In this document: positions 21,281 through 33,186 of the stretch, piece by piece
Position numbering within the stretch: position 1 is the first letter of the stretch
Layout of the letters: each line of letters opens with the position of its first letter
Assembly: GCA_003614675.1 (NCBI GenBank)
Contig: ML002413.1
Coordinates: forward strand, 1-33,186
Reading direction: 5' to 3'
Length of the DNA: 33,186 nucleotides
Source: Dimargaris cristalligena
Taxonomy: Eukaryota
Notes under the pieces: model-generated
What the model saw: the letters and a program-made list of their open reading frames with translations, nothing else
The model's database searches: none
Told to the model about the DNA's origin: nothing
Translations under genes and position numbers: made by a program

Positions 21281-23761
21281 AACCTCGCCAGAGCTGGTCG
21301 ATTTTGCAAGCGAGGCTCGGTATGAGGGTATTCCCATCTCCGCTGGGCATTGTGCGCTATTTTTTTCGGATACCCATGGCATGCTGATTCTCGCTAGAAA
21401 ACAAAACGCTCACGTTTATTAGATTATGAGGGCCTGCATAGTAATTGTTCGGTTTGGATTAGTCATGGGGTATCAATTCAAGTGTATTATAGTTTTGTGG
21501 ATCACAATGAATAGGCGCGAGTTTGACTCCACCCACAACGCCGAGATATTATATTATGGGCAGAGTGTATGAAAGCTACACAGTGTATTGGTCCCCTGAA
21601 CCGATTGGATAATTTTAGCAGGCAATGTCATTTTGGCCAAAGATGGTGTGCATCGCGACACTGTGTCTAATTAACAGTAGGCGAACAAACCCCAAACCCG
21701 CATGGTAATCTGGGAAGGACGACTGTGATGAGGGAATTCAGTCGGGGAAGCCTTTTCAAAAGTCGCGGTAGGTACCAGGGATAGCTGAGGAATAATGGGC
21801 TCGGTTAGTTGAACCCGCCGAAAATCCCGCCTATTTATGTTTCATTACAGTAACTTTATAAATTAATTATGGCGGTGTATTGATACCACCCATTATTTGT
21901 ATTTGATGTATCCCCGATAATTCCTGACCATGGTCCGCTATTTCTAGCGGAGGTTTCACGTAGCATCTAAATACTTGTAAGACCGATACATAGACAACAT
22001 GGTCCGGAGGCGTGAGGTTACGATTCGCCTTTTTCCCCAGTCGAACATTCTTTTCACTGGGGTCGTATTCTTTCATTGGGGGGATGACTTCTTGTCAGAG
22101 AACTATAATCAGGACGACTGTCACCAATATTTATTCACACCAATGTCCACCGATATTCAGTAGAGTCACGCAGGCAAAGCTAAAAGAAAAAATGAATCCT
22201 GAGGTAAAGCTGGTTCATTATCCAAAATGTGATATAATTGCTTACTGTTTAGGCACAGAAGGCTGGGAATTCTATGTAAGGCGTGGTACGAAGGTCATCC
22301 TGCTGAAGAGAAGTCGCCTAGATCCTTCCAAGTTTAGTTTCCCTCCCGTTTGCACAGCGGAAAACACGAGGAGTGTTAATAATATGGCCAATTATTCTAG
22401 AATTCAACGCAGAGAAATTCCCCCCTTCGAATCTCTTAGTAAGGGCAAAAACTATCCCTTCATTCCGCCTGGAATTTGATTGGCGAATATGACGTCAACC
22501 TATTCTTGTACTTTATTGTCGCGTGACTAGGAAACAGGCAATGGGGCTATTTAAATAGTGTTGGTTTGTTCGTCAAGGATTTGATCTAGGAGAAGTTTAG
22601 CCCGGTTGTGTACCGAAAAGATGGTCAAATAACCCGGGTTTTCCGGTTAGAAGGAATTGGCTCTACTTGGTCCTCATATTAAATTTGTTTGTGATCTTAA
22701 AATGTTTGCACGAGTCCTCATCATGTAAATGCCGTATTTAATAGGGTTCTATCGAGCCATGGCGGGTTGTAGAACAGTGCAGTTTCCGCTAAACTCGGCA
22801 TTTGGAGTATTGTCCGAAGCTTCCTTCTAAAATGAACACATAATACCATCGGGTGGTAATAAGCTTCCTAGGGATAATGTAAGGGTGCTTCTAGAACTCC
22901 ACAACTTTACGACCACGACGCTCCCAAATCACACCCCAGTTGCGACAGCCAAGCATAAGGGGGTTTCGCCTTCTTGGTCATAATATGTCCTATCGTATAG
23001 TCCGAATATAGAAATAAAGATTCGAATTAAGTATCTTCTAGTACTACGAGTCCCTTGAAGATTAAATGATAGCAAAGTCTTTTGGGATGGATCGACGGCT
23101 GGATTGATATTAAAAGAAGGAGTTTAGGCGACAATCAGCATAGGGGCACGAGTAGCGATTTTTTTTAGGGGGACACCTTGTCTTTCTCGAATAATATTTT
23201 GTCTCCAATAGAACAACAACTAGAGTCCTTATAAGGCATAGAAGCTGGGTGGTAGCCGGTGGATTGGCCAATGGCCTGGTGAACAATAATATGCCAGTAA
23301 ATTAGTTTAGGCTGCCGTACATCACCAATGGCTGAAGTGAGCAGCACTATCCCTGCCACACTACATAGCACCTTCCTGGACATAGAGGTATTCTATAATA
23401 ACAGAGACAAATACTCGGCAGGCATTGTTTATTAATTGGGGTAAAAAAAATGGCCCGTTAAAATAATAAACGCGTTGACAAGTGAGATACCCGCAAGGTA
23501 TCTAGTTCAGACATACATGAAAAGAAAGGAAAGAGGCAGTGTGGAAAGTAGCGTAATGGTACATAATATATCGAGTGGGGAGGGGGGGTTAATAGGGGGG
23601 GGGGCTATTCTACATAAAAGGGAAATGAGTCAATAAGAGAAGAATACCGAGCGAGGTCGACAGCACGGGCTAATCAATCTCTGTAAGTCAGGTTATGAGT
23701 GATAGCAAGTAAATTACTGGGTATACCACTAAGCCATGACGGGATATATATATATATCCGC

Positions 23762-25584
23762 CTACGGCAGAAGAGCTCGCAGGGTATCGGGAATTTCCGG
23801 AGGAGCGGTGGATGACGAATTGGGGGCCGATGGGGAATTTGAGTTGTTGGGCTTCGGTGAGGCCGATGCTGGTGTTGAACTTGACGGTTGGGGACCCGTG
23901 CTTTGGTGGCTGTCCAAAAACTCAATTTGGCGACGGAAACGATGGAACAGAATCTCGGCTCGACGCAGGGTGGAATTGACATCAATGGTGCCCGAGAGAT
24001 CATTGATATACTAGATGACAGGGTGGGATATATTAACGGATACGGTGGAATATATATATATATATATATAAGGTGGACATGGAAGAAAGTGGTGAGTTCA
24101 AGATATTATAATTAGTCATTCAAATTCTGAAATCCGCTACTCGATCTATTTGGACAGGGGGGGGTGGCAGGGGGCGGGTGGCAACAGGTTGGAGGGGGGT
24201 CGATTGGACCCTTCTACACACACACGCACGCACTTACCTTCAAAATTTCATCACAGGCCACTAGGTTCTCACTAATGGCATCAGCATGCTCGTCTAGAAT
24301 AGCCAGGGCCACGAAGTAATGGAAATGCGGGGTCAAGTAGTCACACCAGAGGACCTCCCACAGACTAAGGATGTCGAGGAAGGCGAACTCGCGCTTGAAC
24401 CAAATGAGCAGCCAGCGGAAACAGCAGAACATGTTATCGGCATCATGTTCGGCCAGGAACGTGTAGAAGTTGGGGAGCATCAGCCGGGTAAGGTCGCGAA
24501 GGGTCTGGAGCTGGTTATGCATACCGGCCTGGTCGCGTCGGAAATTGGGTTCCATGCGGGCCATGAAGGCCTCGAAGCACCAAAAGGTCTGGACTTCGTC
24601 CTGCATGACGGCGAACAGGGGGGCCAGGAGGTCGCTCATCCCTTGGACGTAGCCCAGTTCGCGGTTGTGGTAGTGGTAGGTCATGAGGATATCCTTCATG
24701 ATTTCCAAATTGGCGTTGGTGCCCGGGAGCCCGGTGGAAGAGGAAGCGGAGGTATCGGAAGCGGTTTCGCCCGGCGGGGGGGATGCGCCCACGGATCCCG
24801 GTTCCCGAGGCCCGTGGGTCGAGTCGTTGGGGGCAAAAAAAGGCACATTACGATCGGTCCGCAGCACATCCTTCTCGATTCGACTTTTCTGTTCCTTGAA
24901 CTCCTCGGTGCCGTGTTCCACGGGCCGGTTGAGCCACTGGTCTTTGATGTCATAGTAGCGTTCGGTGAGCTGGGCATCCAGGCGCCGGCGCTGGGCTTCG
25001 TCCGAGTCCCAGGGGTATACTCCGAGGAGAAACAGCCACACCAAAGGGCGGATGTCGTGGTCCACCCCGCCGGCGAAAATAGCCCGGCGTATGGTTACCG
25101 CGTCCTCGCGGAGTCGGCCCGCGGGGCCGTGGAGGATATCAACCCACTGCTCGGCGGCCAGGGGTCGGTCGGAACGTACCAATGGGGGCACCTGGGCCGA
25201 GGTAAGGACCTCGAATTCGCCGCATTCGGTGTGTTCGGTAATCCACTCGTGCCAGACCCGGCCGAGCGCGGGACTGGCCGGTAGGGGTGGGTCACTGCCA
25301 TTACTGCCACTGCCCCTGCTGTCGTTGCCGTTGCGGGCCATGTGAGCCGCGGCCCAGCGGGCCAGGTACAGACGGGCACTTTCGTAGTCGTTACAGACCT
25401 CCTGGGCCCCCCGGGGCACTTGGACATGTGAGACCAGCAAGGGTGGGAGGTACGGGACGAAGGGGCGGCCCAATGGGTGTTCGAGAATTTGGGCGGAAGC
25501 GTCCTTGTAGAAGCGGGTCACCCGGGACAGCTTCTCCAGGACGGACCAACGCAGGTCGTTGGCGGCCGCGGACAGGGGATCCAT
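23762..25584 (-). CDS. GYP7: TBC-domain Rab GTPase-activating protein, Gyp7/TBC1D15 type, about 531 aa (exons 25584-24238 and 24010-23762)
   Basis: Motifs ESARLYLARWA, IFAGGVDHDIRPLVWLFLLGVYPWDS, Arg finger IEKDVLRTDR, Gln finger GYVQGMSDLLAP, CFRWLLIWFKREF. Intron GTAAGT 24237 to TAG 24011 gives DEILK|YINDLSGTIDVNSTLRRAEILF, the usual Gyp7 C-terminus. The 5' end is uncertain. Confidence 0.92.
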
Positions 25585-26925
25585 GGGCGTGTGAGTAAGG
25601 GAAGAGGGGTGAGAAGTACACGGACCTTGTTGCGTAAGGTGTAATGCGATAAAGGCGAGTCGGGTGGGAAGAAGGCGCAGGAGGTGCCAAGGGGGGATAA
25701 AAGAATAGCAAGTATGAATGAAATGGGCTAATAGTATGGGATAAAGAGGGTAAATGCGGCTACTCGGAACAACGAGGCGGTTGTTACGTGGAGCACATAC
25801 CAATGGAAGTGGAGGAGGGAAACCCACACCCTGCCAAGGATTTCAAAGGACTGCCATGTAATAGGTCAACTGAGGGTTTAGGTTGAAAGCTCAACCACCA
25901 ACCAAATTTGAGGCTGGGCAAAATGCCTACTCGTAGTAGGAGCGACAAATGAACAGTGTGGTGGTGGATGACAATAAGTGGTGATGGACACTGTGCTAGA
26001 TGTTCTTCAAGTTGGACTTGGCAAATAAGGCAAGTAAGGTGTGCGCTGCTAGAACTATCTTTACCCAAAGGGGCTGTTCTCTCCCCCCAATCTATGGTCA
26101 CGCTACTTTTCATCAAGGGAACTTGACGCCCCCAACTCCAGTAGCGAGATTGTAATTTTAAATAGCCCGGAAAACCGAGAAGCCTCGGGGGTACTATAAT
26201 CGGGAATTGTTCATTTAGTTATGGTCACCTTATATTTCCAGCACGTGCCTTTACGATAACAAGGCATGTTCCTTCGCCCTATGCTACTTGACCCTCTCCG
26301 AATAAGCCACCAAGTACTTGTAAGATTATGAATGCCATTTGAGCCTGGACCATAGCTTAGCAAGGCATGGTGGGCCTATATTGGCATAACTAATGGGAAC
26401 TGATTAACCCAGGCCCAGGTTAGGCGGATATTCCATTGCGTAATACTACTATCCCCTCTCCTATATTGTTGTGTCATTTGGGTGTTTTGTCATTACGAAT
26501 TGGTTTCGTCACATCCATTAGTATTAGGCACTTGCCTGGGAAGTAACTTCGGACTTGAATATGCACTGGCCCTTATTTGGGAGTTTTTCAACAGCCCAGG
26601 TGTATGTATAACTCTGCCAATATGTTTATATAGATGGAAAAGACAAAGGTAAATCGTGTAAAACTATGCAAAAACGGGTGTGCTAGAAGATGTATTCCAA
26701 AATAAATATGCCTTTCGGCTTAGGTTGGGTGCAAATCGATGTATTTGACCGGGTCATTACTGACCCTACGCAATAAATAAGTACCGGGGTAGACAGATTG
26801 AGTTACTCGCAGGTGTTTGGCCTAGCTAGAGGTATTCGCCGACTTCTCGACCCCGTCAAAATAGACCATGGCCCTAGAGAAGAAACCAGCTGAACATCGC
26901 GGCATATTCCCTTTTTCTTTCAGCA

Positions 26926-27858
26926 TTACTGAATATGGGTGAACTTCTTCTCGTGCTCCAGTTCCAATTTAGTCACCTTGTGGATAATGATATCCAGCTG
27001 CATGTCCGCGTCCACGGCCGTTCGTTCCATGGCCGTGGTGATGGCCGGGCGCACCCCGCAGTTACCGCAAGTGCACGTGCAGTTGGCGCAGCCGCACGAA
27101 CAGGGTTTCTTCTTGCTCTTCTCATCGACGGCCGGCGAATTCGGCCCATTATTGCGGGATGCGGCGCCCTGAAGGAGGGGATTGAGGGTATTAGCCCCGC
27201 CGAGGAAAGGGGCGGAAGATCCGAGATCGCGGCGATAGCGGGTCGATTGGGGGTTGCTGGACGAGTCGGTGGGGTTGTTATCGGAAGAGATGACCGGGTC
27301 ACTATCATCGGATTGATCACTCGGTTCCGGGTCGGTATCGGCATCGGCGGAGGCTTGGGGACTACCGGAGTAGGACGATGGGGTGTCGGAATCAGACTGG
27401 TAACTCGCATCATCCTCGTCGGTTATCGCATTTGGGTCGGAAGAGTCAGAATCGGTGGCCTGGTTCGGGCCGTCGGCTGTATCGGCGGCACCGCCGCTGA
27501 ACGACGACGAAGAGGCATCACTGCCATCATCGTAATCGCCGCCGTCATCGTCACTATCATCGGCATCAAAAAAGGAGTCGCTGAAGTCGGGATCCACGCT
27601 AGGATTACGGCCACCGGTACGGGGAGCCGGTGTGACTGATTCACGGGCCCAGCGGGGGTATTGGCGGGGAGCCACGGCCCCGGCGGGATGTCTGGCGTAT
27701 AGAGGGACAATATGTCCAGAAGCCGGACCTAAACCACTGTGAACGGCTCGACGGCGGTGCGGATGGGGCATCGGCCCGGCATAACCCGACCCTGCAGCAC
27801 CCTGAAAGGAAGCTGCTGTTGCCAGTGCACAAAACACCAGGGGCCAGCGGATAGACAT
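26926..27858 (-). CDS. Secreted Asp/Ser-rich precursor with polybasic sites and a 7-Cys cluster, 310 aa
   Basis: ATG 27858, signal-like MSIRWPLVFCALATAASFQGAAG; HRRR and RYRR sites; long D/S-rich tract; KKKPCSCGCANCTCTCGNCG; helical C-terminus. TATAAAAA at 27987-27994 on the minus strand. Confidence 0.75.
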   Translation of the reverse strand: MSIRWPLVFCALATAASFQGAAGSGYAGPMPHPHRRRAVHSGLGPASGHIVPLYARHPAGAVAPRQYPRWARESVTPAPRTGGRNPSVDPDFSDSFFDADDSDDDGGDYDDGSDASSSSFSGGAADTADGPNQATDSDSSDPNAITDEDDASYQSDSDTPSSYSGSPQASADADTDPEPSDQSDDSDPVISSDNNPTDSSSNPQSTRYRRDLGSSAPFLGGANTLNPLLQGAASRNNGPNSPAVDEKSKKKPCSCGCANCTCTCGNCGVRPAITTAMERTAVDADMQLDIIIHKVTKLELEHEKKFTHIQ

Positions 27859-28112
27859 GGGTGGTTGGAATACGTTCAAGGTTGGGCAATCGGGGGTAAA
27901 TAGATGGTATTTTTAATGAGAGTAGATCGGCGGGGGCAAGTGCATGGGGATTATCCATACCTATTTTGCTGACGGCGATCGGTGTATTTTTATAAGGGCA
28001 GAGCGGAGTGGGGGGAGAATGTACCTCCTAGGCGCAAGTTCCTGGCGACTGCCAGAGGAAGGAGAGGCCCCAGGGTCATTGCGAACGGGTAAGGCGTATG
28101 CCAGGAAGGAAT

Positions 28113-28289
28113 TTACCAGTCTACTATATCAAAATAGAAGAGCTCTTTGAACAGAGCGAAGCATAATCTGGCCAACGACGACTGCTGATAGAGTGCAAAC
28201 AAAACGAGAATCGCCAGGCAGCCGATGAGTAGCAGAGCGGCCGTGGACTGGCTCTGGATCATTATCCACAAGGTGACCCAGTAGTCCAT
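28113..28289 (-). CDS. Putative 58-aa membrane microprotein (not in the ORF track)
   Basis: Hand translation: MDYWVTLWIMIQSQSTAALLLIGCLAILVLFALYQQSSLARLCFALFKELFYFDIVDW*. Strong start context acaacATGG, an A/C-rich leader, and one clear transmembrane helix. Confidence 0.5.
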   Translation of the reverse strand: MDYWVTLWIMIQSQSTAALLLIGCLAILVLFALYQQSSLARLCFALFKELFYFDIVDW

Positions 28290-29909
28290 GTTGTGAGAGA
28301 GAGCTGCGTTGGAGATTTTCCTGCGTATTATTATTAATATTATTATTGTGTTTATGACTATTAGGGTTATTAATATGGGGGGGGGGGGGGGTGATAAAGG
28401 TTTGATAGATATAGTGGCGGGCCGTGCTGGTGTGGAGGAGATTAAAGAGGATTTGGAATAGATGTAGGTGGTAAAGAAACGTGAGTGGGTTTAAGCTACT
28501 TCGGAATCCTCTGATAAGCAAAGGAGGTTGATGTAGTTTAATAGGTTTACAGGGCCATTTACTAATGAAGCTGGCAGAGAAAACGGCATCTGGCCAAGTG
28601 ATACAACACATGGGCCGTGGGATGCGTTGGAGTGGCCAAATGTTCATCCTCCCCATAGTCCAGGCTATTCACTCCGCAGGAATGTATGTCTTATTTTGCA
28701 CCATCTCTTCCGCGTTTGCACCGCCTGTAGCATAGCCATAGCTTGATGTGTGGGCCTCATTATATATATTGTGAAAAATCAGCTGGTTATGGTGCAGTTC
28801 CCGCCTGGCCCTGCGTCGACTGGACTAGGCGGAGAGAGATATACACTGGGCAATGAACCCAGGGATACAAGGAGGCAGTGTGCTGGCCGGCCCTGACGGC
28901 AAACGAGGTAGAGTGGGCTGGGGGTTCGGCAAGAAGATGTAACTGAGGACACTAGTTAGTGAACGAGGAGGGGGGAGCGCGTGTGGCAGTGGTGAAATGT
29001 AAGGGGGAGCGGACCGACACACCAAATTCAGGGGAACCAGGCCCGACCGAATCAAGAGGGAAAAGGCACATTTGTTTTGCAATGGATGGGCCCCAGCTAC
29101 CGGGAATCCGAAGCCGCCGGAGAGACTGTTGTGGATGCAGTAGCCGTGAAACGGAGCCTTAACACAGTATGTTCGTTAGTTTATTTCTAGGGTGATTTGG
29201 AAGAGAAGGGGGAAACACATTGACAGCTGCTTCTTTCCCCCTTTCTTTTGTTTCCTTTGTATTGTATGATTTTTTCTCCTTGAATAATCCACCTGGTTAA
29301 TGCTTTAGTGTCTGTATTTTTAGGTTCGAAAACTCACCCTCCTTTGCGCACCTCTCCTCCCACTGCATCCCATACGACTCACACACACGCACACATATAC
29401 GCACTCCCTTGGTGCTTGAGCTCGACGGACTTGATCCCCAACGCAGCGCGGGGCAGTATTCGACATCTAGAATGAAGCGGCGGTCGCGCGTGAGCCCCCG
29501 GAACGGCAAAGGTAAGGCCTATCGGCTGACGTGTCGTCTGCAGAGTGCACCCGAGACCGACATACATAACATTATCTTCGGATTTCTTCAGCATTGGGTG
29601 GAGGATAATACAATAATGCTCCTCCTTATTTCCGCCCAGTAACCAACTACTGGAACTGGTACTGGTACTAATATTGATACAACGGCAACCGGGCCTTGGT
29701 TGTAGTATTCTTTCTCTCGCTCTCCCATCTACTTACCCTTCTTCTTACTCTCTCCCCTACCTACCTACCTATTCCTTCTACCCGGTTGCTATTCGCCGAA
29801 CTCGGTCCATTCCCACCTTTTCCTCTTTGACTTGTTACTATACTACCCCATTTCCTACCCCTTTCCTTCCCGACACTATTATTTCCCCCCATTGACTCCA
29901 TTCGTAGTC

Positions 29910-31959
29910 ATGACCCTCTATGTTGTCTGGAACGACTGTAAATTCCAGTTCTATAAAACGGATCACGAACTGGCCACCACGTCGCTAGGCGCTTTCAAGG
30001 TCCAATGCAGCGAACTGACCGATGTTCCCGCTAACGAAATGACCTTTGTGTTCTGCGGAGGTAAGTTGTGTCGTCTAGGTGTGCTTGCGGAAGTCCCAAA
30101 GCGGGCAAGGTGAAACCTCCTCCTCCTCCTCCTTACAAACTAACCAACACCCGCTGTGGCCCAGGACGCCCGTTAGCGCCGCCGGCCTTTCCAACGGCCC
30201 GGGTATTCCGTACTGCCCTCCATTTCGAAGGTTTCACTAAGCCGTGCGTGTCAGACAGGCAGGAGCTGAGGTTATTTACTGCGATACGACCCCCTGGCGG
30301 TTGGTTGTATGTTTGTTCTTCCCCGGCTATTTTAGTAGCCCAGGGTCAGCCGCAGTCTCCCCCCACTTTTACACCCACGCCCGCACCTACTACTTACTCC
30401 CCCTTCCACTCATTCTCCTACTTCCCCGTTTGGTTTCCACTCTCGCTCTCTCTCCTGTCCTCTTCACTCTCCCCAACCCACGCCCGCTTTTTCTATCTAT
30501 TTTACTCCATCGCCCTAATCTCTCTAACATTTCCATTTCCTCATCTACTACTGCCCTTGGCTCATCTTCCGCAGGCATACTTAAGGACGACAAGTCTCCC
30601 CTCTCGGCTTACAGTATCAAACCCGGCGCAACGCTTATGCTTATCGGAAAGGCCGCTAAGGTATGTCTAACTTTAACTACGAACTCGTGCGGCTATCTCC
30701 CTCCAGCTGTCCTATTCGGCCAGCCTAATATCCGTCGTACACGACACCACTATCCGTTAATGCCCGGCTCTATCACCTGACCTCCTCCAACTTACTTATG
30801 CCGCTTATTCCATACAAATACAAATACAAATACATATACCCACACTCTCGCCTCGCGTCCTTAGACCCAGCCCGCTTCGACAGTTATCCAGGTCCCCGTT
30901 ACCCAAGAGGGTAGCCTAAGTCCCCAATCCGAGAGCCCGTCCGAATCCGGCGAACCCGCGCTTAAACCCAATATGTCCTATAATCCCCGCCCGATGCACA
31001 TGCCCGACCCGGAGGGCGCGTACGATGAGAATGGCTATTATGGCCCCATGGACGTTCCCGTGGACGTGTTTGCCCAGCCGGGCACATATATCAACCCTCC
31101 CATGCCTATGCCCATGCCCCAGCCCGAGCTGTATAACCCTCTCGCAGGCTTCAATCGCCCCTTTCCAATGTCCCAGTCAAACGATCCGTTTAGCAACCCC
31201 TTGGGAGCTGCGTTTACCCACCCGCGTCCGGCCAATACTAATCCGTTCCGTAATGACCCTTTCTACCACCCCACCAGCAACCCCCCGATTCCCCAGCACC
31301 ACCGGCCCGGTGGCGGTCGGCCGACCCCGCCTGCCGTTCCTACCCCGCCGCAGATGGCCCCACACTATCCGCCGCCCCAGACTCCATATCCCCCTCCTTC
31401 AGAGACTAGACCAATGAATTCCGCCGCGCAGGGTCCCATCCCAGTTCAGACCCCTCCCCGACCAGCCCCCACTTTCCAAAATGACCCTGTTGCTCAACCC
31501 CCGCCACCCCCTCAACCCTCTCAACCCACCCCACCCCGGAATCCCATCGACGAGCTTCTGCACTCGAACAACCCCCAGGAGCAAACCATCATTAACTCCA
31601 TCAAGGCCATCTACGACGAGGGTGTGCGGTTATTCCCCAAAGAAGTGGAACAGTATATCGTCTCGGTGGAGGACTACATTACCCAGTTTATCCTCAATTT
31701 TAACATCAACTTGACGACCCCTGACCCACGGGTAATCCAGATCCGTGACCAAGAGCGTAAGCGTTTAACCGATACCCAACGGCGATTGGAAGAACTCATT
31801 GTTCGCCAAATCCTCAAGTTGGATGCCTTTGACCTCGACCCCTCCTTTACTACTGCGCGTGCCCTACGGAAAGCCGTGGTGGTCTATCTAGATAACCTGG
31901 CCAATCGGACCGAGAATATTACGAAGCGACTCGTGGAGGCCGAGGCAAGAACCGCGTAG
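29910..31959 (+). CDS. BAG-family Hsp70 co-chaperone: N-terminal ubiquitin-like domain, Pro-rich linker, C-terminal BAG domain, about 443 aa (exons 29910-30060, 30575-30660, 30865-31959)
   Basis: Introns GTAAGT 30061 to CAG 30574 (phase 1) and GTATGT 30661 to TAG 30864 (phase 0) rebuild the Ubl domain (CSELTDVPANEMTFVFCGGILKDDKSPLSAYSIKPGATLMLIG). BAG motif LEELIVRQILKLDAFD...ARALRKAVVVYLDNL. Architecture is BAG1 / S. pombe Bag101-like. Confidence 0.9.
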
Positions 31960-33186
31960 CCCTGCTATTTGCGAACCATTTCCCCTCTTTCCCCTTTATA
32001 TTCCCCTCCGACCGATCACCCTTCTAGGGCCATCGGCCGATGATTTGCTGCTGATATGTATTTGTGTATACGCGTATGTTACGAATACCAGTCGATACCC
32101 TATTGCCGTTTAATGTATTTGAAGTCTGTTTTTCCCTTTCGTTTCTTGGGCCATTGTTCATTTTCTGGCTCATTCCAAGCAATTAGTTGCGCAGGACACT
32201 CTCTGTCTCTGTTTTTTATTCTTGGTATCATTCCCCCAAGTTCATTAATATTATTTTGTTTACGCATTACTCTCATCTGTTTCGCCACTTTTTTCTGGTA
32301 TCCTTTTGTTGTGCTTCTTTTTTTATTATTATCGGTCATTGCTAATATTTCTCACCAGCGCCTCCTCCAATTGGATTCCTTGACGACCTTATAATCCTAT
32401 CGTTTCATGTCTACATCTCAAAGTGTAAATATACATTGGTCCCTTACACCCCCTCCCCCCCACCCTGTCACTCCCCCCTTTAGTTTAGCTGAGCATCATC
32501 AAGTTTCCCTAGGCGTAATTATGGTCAATCTATTAATAAAGATTGCATTTATCTTGCTATGTTTTAGGGGACCTGGCCACGGTGACTGTCCGCAAGAGGC
32601 AATCCAAGGATTAGGATGGCTACAAAAGGCAATCGAATGTTCCGCTGACTAAACGGTGCAGCGAATGTTGGATGGTTCCTATTCGTTACTGCGTTATTCT
32701 GGGAATATGGAATGCCAAAGTGCCCAGGTCAAATGACCCCCCCCCCCTACCTGCAATGCATACAAGTAGCCGGATTTTTTGAAAATAATGGAAGTTTAAT
32801 CGGTTATCCGATCGCTATCGGCATTTTCATTAGGCAGTGGCCGAGTCCTTTGTACATTGGCTCGGCTACTCAATCGCTTTTAGCCCCCATTTTGGGAAGT
32901 CGGTCTAGTAGCATTAGCCGGTGGCGGGCCGCTTTAAATATAATACTACTGTAGTCCCGATGATTCGGCTGTTCCATAGCCCATTTTCGTATTTTCCATT
33001 GGAAACATAAAAATAGTCATTCGCGAAGTGAAAGCCCAAGGTATTAGTGTACCTCCCTAGTCTTCTATTTCATCTTGGCATTGGGTACGCGTTTCAATAT
33101 ACAGGGAGAATTAGCGGTCGAATGAGACCGTTAAGTTAGTTCACATGGCTTAGCTGGACAACTGTGGGGTGGTGGACCCCACTGCC

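Noticed and set aside
19864..21530. GGTTCGA / B-box-like words (about 19865, 20626, 21518) as tRNA genes
   Set aside because: No cloverleaf, acceptor stem or correctly spaced A-box could be built.
24319..25284. 321-aa plus-strand ORF, and similar antisense ORFs over DBF4, the BAG gene and 26935-27639
   Set aside because: Antisense shadows of GC3-rich real genes.
25784..26116. ORF containing PSLKFGWW as the missing Gyp7 N-terminal exon
   Set aside because: The resemblance is limited to a few residues, flanking conserved motifs are absent, and no convincing splice path was found.

Overview
Eukaryotic, fungal-type genomic DNA: GT-AG introns, TATA boxes, many microsatellites, no operons. Gene style suggests an early-diverging fungus, possibly Zoopagomycota such as Dimargaris; this is inference only. 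Well-supported genes: DBF4/Dfp1 (minus, 2 exons), a Gyp7-type TBC Rab-GAP (minus, 2 exons), a Ubl+BAG co-chaperone (plus, 3 exons), mitoribosomal bS21m/MRP21 (plus), an F-box/LRR-like protein (minus) and a 3-exon orphan gene (plus). The most interesting material is lineage-specific. It comprises (i) two tandem small secreted, probably GPI-anchored paralogues with a shared pre-pro region and TATA context but unrelated mature cores, (ii) a secreted acidic precursor carrying a 7-Cys metallothionein-like cluster, (iii) a 58-aa membrane ORF below the ORF-track cutoff, (iv) a broken KR-processed glycine-zipper peptide precursor, (v) a ~1.1 kb tract almost devoid of CpG plus a zinc-finger gene broken by two in-frame stops compatible with C->T, and (vi) an exact 16-bp direct repeat downstream of DBF4. 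No rRNA, tRNA, CRISPR or intact mobile element could be supported. All alignments and counts were done by eye.
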